A stretch of 57,971 nucleotides of DNA from positions 1 through 57,971 of the forward strand of contig JAIUMM010000006.1 in the NCBI GenBank assembly GCA_022565615.1, read 5' to 3'. Every line of letters begins with the position of its first letter. The stretch's first letter is position 1. The notes under the pieces are model-generated. The model was not told the DNA's origin. It ran no database searches and worked only from the letters and a program-made list of their open reading frames with translations. Source of the DNA: Nanobdellota archaeon. Its GTDB lineage: Archaea; Nanobdellota; Nanobdellia; Woesearchaeales; UBA583. Below, one piece after another: positions 52,752-57,971 of the stretch. Position numbers and translations under genes: made by a program.

Positions 52752-52851
52752 CTTATAATGTATTAAGAAGTTCTAATTTTTAAATATACTTATTATTAAA
52801 TCTGAAAATTATTAAAAGAAATATTGTAAAATGGATACTGTTATATTATAT

Positions 52852-53214
52852 TTATTGATTAAATAATAAAATTTCAATTTGTTCAGGGTTCATTTTCAAC
52901 TCTTTTACTTTTTTAGAAGGTCCAATTACTGTAATTCCTACTTCATATTTTAATAAAAATGTAGCAAGTTTAAACCTAAGTCTATCAAAAAATGAAGAAT
53001 TGTGTTTAACATTTAAAAAAGCAATATCAATTCCACTAAACGTTTCATTAACATGCTTTAAACTTTTAGAAGTAAGAGCTAATTCTTCTTCATTTGTAAG
53101 CCTTCCTTCAAGAATTACTAAACTTCCATCTTTTACCATTTTATAGATTTTATCAATTTTTTTAGTTGAATCCATAGAGGAAATAATTGAATTTGAAATA
53201 ATTTTAACGTCCAT
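52852..53214 (-). CDS. DUF2073/OapB-like protein
   Basis: ILEGRL..EE..L, FSGID, GITVIGP; directly downstream of the small GTPase. Confidence 0.75.
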   Translation of the reverse strand: MDVKIISNSIISSMDSTKKIDKIYKMVKDGSLVILEGRLTNEEELALTSKSLKHVNETFSGIDIAFLNVKHNSSFFDRLRFKLATFLLKYEVGITVIGPSKKVKELKMNPEQIEILLFNQ

Positions 53215-53220
53215 TTTTAA

Positions 53221-53847
53221 TTAATTTAATTGCTTAAATACCTCCTTATATAATTCCTCAAGATTCTCACCAGTCACAGCACTTACACCTACAAGAGGAT
53301 AATCTGGAAATACTAGTTTTATTTTATCTACACTTGCATTTTTCAAATCAATTTTATTTGCAACAATAATTATTTTTTTATCTTTTGCAACTAAATTACC
53401 AATAAGAGTAATATTTACTTGTGAATAAGGATTTATAGTTGCATCAAGCACAACTAATACGCAATCAACTTTTTCAACCCATCTAATACTTTCGATTACT
53501 CCTTGTGTAGCTTCTCTTGCTCTCTCTTTTGCATCTTGTTTTTTCATTCCTTTTTTCACAAAATCTTCAAAATCAATTTTAGTAGCAATACCTGGAGTAT
53601 CTACAAGAGCAAAGTTAATTTTTTTAGAACCTCGCTCAAGAGTTAATTCTTCAACTTTTTGAACACTTCTGGTTTCATGTTCAACTTCTGAAGTTGAAAA
53701 TGTAGTCTTTGCATCTTCTCCTAAAATATCTTTAATAATCGTATTTGCAAGAGTTGATTTTCCAGCATTAGGAGGCCCATATAATCCTAATGAGAATTCT
53801 TTTTTTTTCTTAAAAAAATTAAGAAATGAGAAAAATAGTTTTTTCAT
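53221..53847 (-). CDS. Era-like small GTPase (OapA-like)
   Basis: GPPNAGKST, HETR, DTPG, NKID, SA. Confidence 0.85.
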   Translation of the reverse strand: MKKLFFSFLNFFKKKKEFSLGLYGPPNAGKSTLANTIIKDILGEDAKTTFSTSEVEHETRSVQKVEELTLERGSKKINFALVDTPGIATKIDFEDFVKKGMKKQDAKERAREATQGVIESIRWVEKVDCVLVVLDATINPYSQVNITLIGNLVAKDKKIIIVANKIDLKNASVDKIKLVFPDYPLVGVSAVTGENLEELYKEVFKQLN

Positions 53848-53910
53848 TGTTTAATCACCAATATATAAATAATGAATAATATATTTTATAAATTTTTAGT
53901 ACTACAATTT

Positions 53911-54513
53911 TTAAAACAATTCTCTAATTTTCAAATACATTTTTTCATGTCCTTTACTATTTGGATGTAATCCATCTTCTAAATCATCTTTATGTAACAC
54001 ATTAAACATTGACACAAATTCAAGATTATGTCCTTGTGCTATCTCTTCAAGAGCAGAATTATACAATTCTGCATTTTTTTGATAAATGTACATATCTTCA
54101 AATTCATAATATGGAGTTGTTTTATTCTCATTTACAGGTGTGAGTCCAATTAATATAATTCTATTTGAAAGTTTTTGTGCTTGTTTGATGAGTAGTTTTA
54201 TATTTTGTTTGAATTCTTCAAGAGGAATTCCTAAATTAAATTTAGTTGATGTATCTTGAGCATCATTTATACCAATTGCAAAAATAACTATGTGTTCATC
54301 ATTACCTTTGTAAAATCGTGCTTGATTCTCAATTTCAAATCTTTTGAGAAGGTTTTGTGTATTATCTCCTGAAATTCCACAATTATAAACTGAAAAACTT
54401 ATCTCTTTTTTACTCTCTAAATCGATTTTAAGTCTATGTACCCATCCTCCTTTTAAGTCACTTGAACCCCATGTAATAGAATCTCCAAAAATAATAATTC
54501 TTGATTGTTTCAT
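53911..54513 (-). CDS. SGNH/GDSL hydrolase
   Basis: FGDSIT, GISG, GIND, DGLHPN. Confidence 0.9.
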   Translation of the reverse strand: MKQSRIIIFGDSITWGSSDLKGGWVHRLKIDLESKKEISFSVYNCGISGDNTQNLLKRFEIENQARFYKGNDEHIVIFAIGINDAQDTSTKFNLGIPLEEFKQNIKLLIKQAQKLSNRIILIGLTPVNENKTTPYYEFEDMYIYQKNAELYNSALEEIAQGHNLEFVSMFNVLHKDDLEDGLHPNSKGHEKMYLKIRELF

Positions 54514-54596
54514 ATTAATTTTAGGAAAGAGGAGTATTTAAAAGTTTAGAAAACAAAATTCAGATTGATAGAATAACAAAAAAGTAAAAAAATTAA

Positions 54597-57038
54597 TTAT
54601 AACTCCTCTTCCACTTCTTCTTCATTAGCAATTTTCTCAACTCTTTGCACTAAATCACCAGGTGAGAGATTTACAACTTTAACTCCTTTAGTATTTCTTC
54701 CAATAATTGAGACATCACTCACATATGTTCTAATAATTTTACCCTCTTTTGTCATCAATAATACTTCATCATCTTCTCTTACAGCTTTTAGAGTTACAAC
54801 ATTCCCATTTCTCTCATCAGCTTTAATATCAATTACACCTCTTCCAGCTCTTTTAATAGTTGGATACTCACTAATTAAAGTTCTCTTACCATATCCATTC
54901 TCACACACTGTAAGAAGAGTAGTTCCAGCTTGTGCAAGTTCCATTCCAACAACTATTTCATCATTTCTTAAGTTCATAGCTTTAACTCCTCTTGCAGTTC
55001 TTCCTAATACTGATAAATCATCTTGTTTAAACCTAATTGCAAGTCCAACGTTACTCTCAATAATTACATCTTCATGTCCTTGTGAATACATTACAGCAAG
55101 AACACTGTCTCCCTCATCAAGTCCAATAGCTCTAATTCCACCAGCTCTTGGTTTTGAGAAATTAGCAACCTCAGTTTTTTTGATAATTCCTTTTTTAGTT
55201 AAGAAAATTAAATATCCTTCGTTTAAATTTGAAATATTAATTACATTTGAAATTTTTCTACCTCTTAAATCAATATAATTAACAATAGGCCTTCCTTTTG
55301 AAATTCCAGTTGCAGTTGGAACTTCATATGCTTTCATCCAATTCACAACTCCATCACTTGTAAAAATTAAAAGAGTATCTTTAGAATTAGATACAAATAA
55401 ATCACGAACAGTATCTTCTGCTTTTATGTGTGCATTATTTCCTTTTCCTCCTCTTTTTTGTGCTCTATATGAATCAAGTGGAACTTTTTTAATATAATCA
55501 TTTTGAGTAATCATTACAACAAAGTCTTCATCTTGAATTAAATCTTCAATATTCATATCTCCAATATCTGAAATTAATTTAGTTTTTCTCTCATCTCCAA
55601 ATTTTTCCATAATTTCAATACTTTCTTGTTTGATGATTTCATACTGTCTAATATCTTTATTTAAAATATCTTCTAAATCCTTAATAGTTTCAAGGGTTTG
55701 ATTATATTCATCTCTAATTTTACCCATTTCAAGACCTGTTAATTTTTGAAGTCTCATATCTAAAATAGCTTGTGCTTGAATTTCACTAAATCCAAATTCA
55801 CTTACCAAACCTTCTTTAGCTTCAGGTCCTGATTTAGAACCTTTAATTAGTGCAATTACTCTATCAATATTATCAAGTGCTTTTGTAAGTCCTTCTAAAA
55901 TATGTAATCTCTCTTGTGCTTTTCTTAAATCAAATTGAGTTCTTTTAATAATTACATCTTTTCTAAATGCAATAAAGTGTCTTAAATAGGAACCTAGATT
56001 TAAAATTTGGGGAACACCATCTACAATTGCAAGCATTTTTGTATTAAAATTTGTTTGAAGAGTTGTAAATTTATATAATTGATTTAAAATAACATTAGGG
56101 TCAGCTTCTCTTTTAATTTCAATAACAACTCTTACTCCTCTTTTATTACTCTCATCACGAATATCAGAAATATCTTTTAATTTACCTACCTTTACAAGTT
56201 CAACAATATTATTAATTAAATTTAATTTATTTACTTGATATGGAATTTCTTCTAAAATAATTGCACTTTTCCCTCTTTCTTTTTCTTCAATTGAACATAC
56301 TGCTTTTTGAGTAATTGCACCTTCTCCTGTAATTAAGTAATCTTGAATTCCTTTATTTTTTAAAATAGTAGCACCAGTTGGAAAATCAGGTCCTTTTACA
56401 AATCCTTGTCTTACTAGCTCTTCTGTTGAAACTTGAGGATTATCAATTACATAAATTAAAGCTTGAGTTAATTCTCTTAAATTATGAGGAGGAATATTTG
56501 TAGCCATACCAACAGCAATCCCAGATGAACCATTTAGAAGTAAGTTAGGAAATTTAGCAGGCAATACTGCAGGTTCTTGAAGAGTATCATCAAAATTATT
56601 CTTCCAAGCAACAGTTTCTTTGTCAATATCTTCTAAAAATTTTTCAGAAAGCTTAGACATCCTAGCTTCAGTATAACGCATAGCAGCAGGATTATCTCCA
56701 TCTACACTTCCAAAATTACCTTGTCCATCTACAAGTAAGTATCTCACAGACCAATATTGAGCAAGTCTTACCATAGCATCATAAATTGAAGTATCACCAT
56801 GGGGGTGATACTTACCCATAACTTCTCCTACAATTCTTGCTGATTTTTTATATGCTTTATTAGAATAATTTCCAAGTTCTTTCATTGAATAAATGATTCT
56901 TCTATGAACTGGTTTTAGACCATCTTTTGCCTCAGGAAGAGCACGTCCAACAATAACACTCATAGCATATGAAAGGTATGCTTTTTTCATCTCATCTTCA
57001 ATAAAAACGTCCTTAGTTCTCAAATTACTTTCATTCAT
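54597..57038 (-). CDS. gyrA: DNA gyrase subunit A
   Basis: [15 protein letters not shown], GyrA box QKRGGKG, C-terminal pinwheel repeats. Confidence 0.97.
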   Translation of the reverse strand: MNESNLRTKDVFIEDEMKKAYLSYAMSVIVGRALPEAKDGLKPVHRRIIYSMKELGNYSNKAYKKSARIVGEVMGKYHPHGDTSIYDAMVRLAQYWSVRYLLVDGQGNFGSVDGDNPAAMRYTEARMSKLSEKFLEDIDKETVAWKNNFDDTLQEPAVLPAKFPNLLLNGSSGIAVGMATNIPPHNLRELTQALIYVIDNPQVSTEELVRQGFVKGPDFPTGATILKNKGIQDYLITGEGAITQKAVCSIEEKERGKSAIILEEIPYQVNKLNLINNIVELVKVGKLKDISDIRDESNKRGVRVVIEIKREADPNVILNQLYKFTTLQTNFNTKMLAIVDGVPQILNLGSYLRHFIAFRKDVIIKRTQFDLRKAQERLHILEGLTKALDNIDRVIALIKGSKSGPEAKEGLVSEFGFSEIQAQAILDMRLQKLTGLEMGKIRDEYNQTLETIKDLEDILNKDIRQYEIIKQESIEIMEKFGDERKTKLISDIGDMNIEDLIQDEDFVVMITQNDYIKKVPLDSYRAQKRGGKGNNAHIKAEDTVRDLFVSNSKDTLLIFTSDGVVNWMKAYEVPTATGISKGRPIVNYIDLRGRKISNVINISNLNEGYLIFLTKKGIIKKTEVANFSKPRAGGIRAIGLDEGDSVLAVMYSQGHEDVIIESNVGLAIRFKQDDLSVLGRTARGVKAMNLRNDEIVVGMELAQAGTTLLTVCENGYGKRTLISEYPTIKRAGRGVIDIKADERNGNVVTLKAVREDDEVLLMTKEGKIIRTYVSDVSIIGRNTKGVKVVNLSPGDLVQRVEKIANEEEVEEEL

Positions 57039-57099
57039 ACTTAATTGAACTCTTTACCATTGTTAAGATTTTTGTTACTACTTGAGTTTAAATTTTAAT

Positions 57100-57599
57100 A
57101 AATTATCAAAATATTTATATACATTTAAATTTATATATAAATTATGGAATTTAGATTTGATAGAAAAACTGGATTATATATAGGAGATTTGGAGAGAATG
57201 AGTCCTGCTCAAAAAAGAGAACTTTCTCAAATCATAAATTTTTGGTCTAAAGAAGAAATAGTTCATGATACCAAGACTTTACCACATTATATGCCAAGAG
57301 ATAATTCAAAACGTAGTTTGCCACATCTAATAACTTTATGTTATTATGATGGATATATAAATCCTGTTAAAGAGATGGAGAGAATTGGTAATATTTCATA
57401 TATTGAAGATATGATGCCACAAGTTCCACTCTTTAATTATTATATTGGATTTATTCCACTTAGAAGCGGAACTTTTGGTTTATTAGAATCTATAGATCCT
57501 TTAAGAAAAAGACACGTTCCTTCAAACGTATTGCCTTTAGTTTATAGAAAAATTGGAGAAAGTGAGATTTAATTTTTAAAAATTATCAAAATATTTATA
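57100..57599 (+). repeat. 20-bp perfect direct repeat containing a TATA-like box (57100-57119 and 57580-57599)
   Basis: AAATTATCAAAATATTTATA twice, 480 nt apart, flanking ORF 57144-57572. Confidence 0.75.
57144..57572 (+). CDS. hypothetical protein
   Basis: 142-aa ORF with TATA-like box about 25 nt upstream. Confidence 0.55.
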   Translation: MEFRFDRKTGLYIGDLERMSPAQKRELSQIINFWSKEEIVHDTKTLPHYMPRDNSKRSLPHLITLCYYDGYINPVKEMERIGNISYIEDMMPQVPLFNYYIGFIPLRSGTFGLLESIDPLRKRHVPSNVLPLVYRKIGESEI

Positions 57600-57633
57600 A
57601 GGAGATATTTATGTCTATATTTATTAAAGATAT

Positions 57634-57708
57634 GTCTACGTTGGTGTAACCTGGTTAGCACAGAAGGTTGTGGTCCTTCTAGTACGGGTTCAAATCCCGT
57701 GCGTGGAC
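57634..57708 (+). tRNA. tRNA-His(GTG), encoded G-1, no complete CCA
   Basis: Cloverleaf with GAAGG-TTGTGGT-CCTTC anticodon arm, ACGGG-TTCAAAT-CCCGT T arm, G-1:C73. Confidence 0.93.
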
Positions 57709-57749
57709 CTTTTTTTAATATAATAGTCTAGTTGTTTATTCTATTCTTT

Positions 57750-57832
57750 GCCAAGATCGCATAACCCGGTATTGCGCCACCCTGGAAAGGTGGTCCCGTT
57801 TGGGATTGTGGGTTCAAATCCCACTCTTGGCG
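57750..57832 (+). tRNA. tRNA-Ser(GGA), long variable arm, no CCA
   Basis: GCCAAGA/TCTTGGC acceptor, CCACC-CTGGAAA-GGTGG, G73. Confidence 0.95.
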
Positions 57833-57971
57833 TTCAATTATAAATTTGGATTTTCTATGTTACATTTCTAGGATTTGAGCTTTAGTTCCTTTGGTGCAAA
57901 AAATCTTTGATTTTTCCGCACAAATCCCACTCTTGGCGTTCAATTATAAATTTGGATTTTCTATGTTACAT
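57815..57971 (+). repeat. 51-bp direct repeat of the tRNA-Ser 3' end plus trailer (57815-57865 and 57921-57971)
   Basis: Exact copy 106 nt downstream, running to the window edge. Confidence 0.9.

Noticed and set aside
57815-57971. CRISPR array
   Set aside because: Only two copies, the repeat is tRNA-derived and 51 nt long, and there are no cas genes
1-57971. Alternative genetic code or prophage
   Set aside because: Conserved genes read through with standard stops; no phage, integrase or transposase motifs

Overview
Very AT-rich chromosomal segment of an archaeon, most likely a DPANN lineage (Woesearchaeota/Nanoarchaeota-like; the lineage is my inference). Archaeal markers: ribosomal S6e, an L1-P0-P1 operon with GLxDLF stalk tails, class I CCA-adding enzyme, Kae1, GINS, Sec11-type signal peptidase, an OapA/OapB-like pair, TTTATAAA-type promoters and CCA-less tRNA-His and tRNA-Ser. 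Bacterial-type genes are interleaved: a full-length bifunctional Rel (p)ppGpp synthetase/hydrolase, LspA, GyrA, MutL, a truncated UvrA, a Gmk-like kinase and a Zn-LID Adk. There are also large surface proteins (GLUG, lamin-tail, DKNYY-like, a dockerin-bearing lipoprotein) and scattered type IV pilus parts. No rRNA, CRISPR array, transposase or integrase was seen. Most notable: a probable stringent-response enzyme in an archaeon abutting a catalytically dead DHH protein; LspA with a lipobox substrate; two intergenic structured-RNA candidates (16.06-16.20 kb and 29.68-29.92 kb) with RNase P-like features; and a repeat anchored on the tRNA-Ser 3' end at the window edge. All calls come from motif reading by eye; no searches were run.
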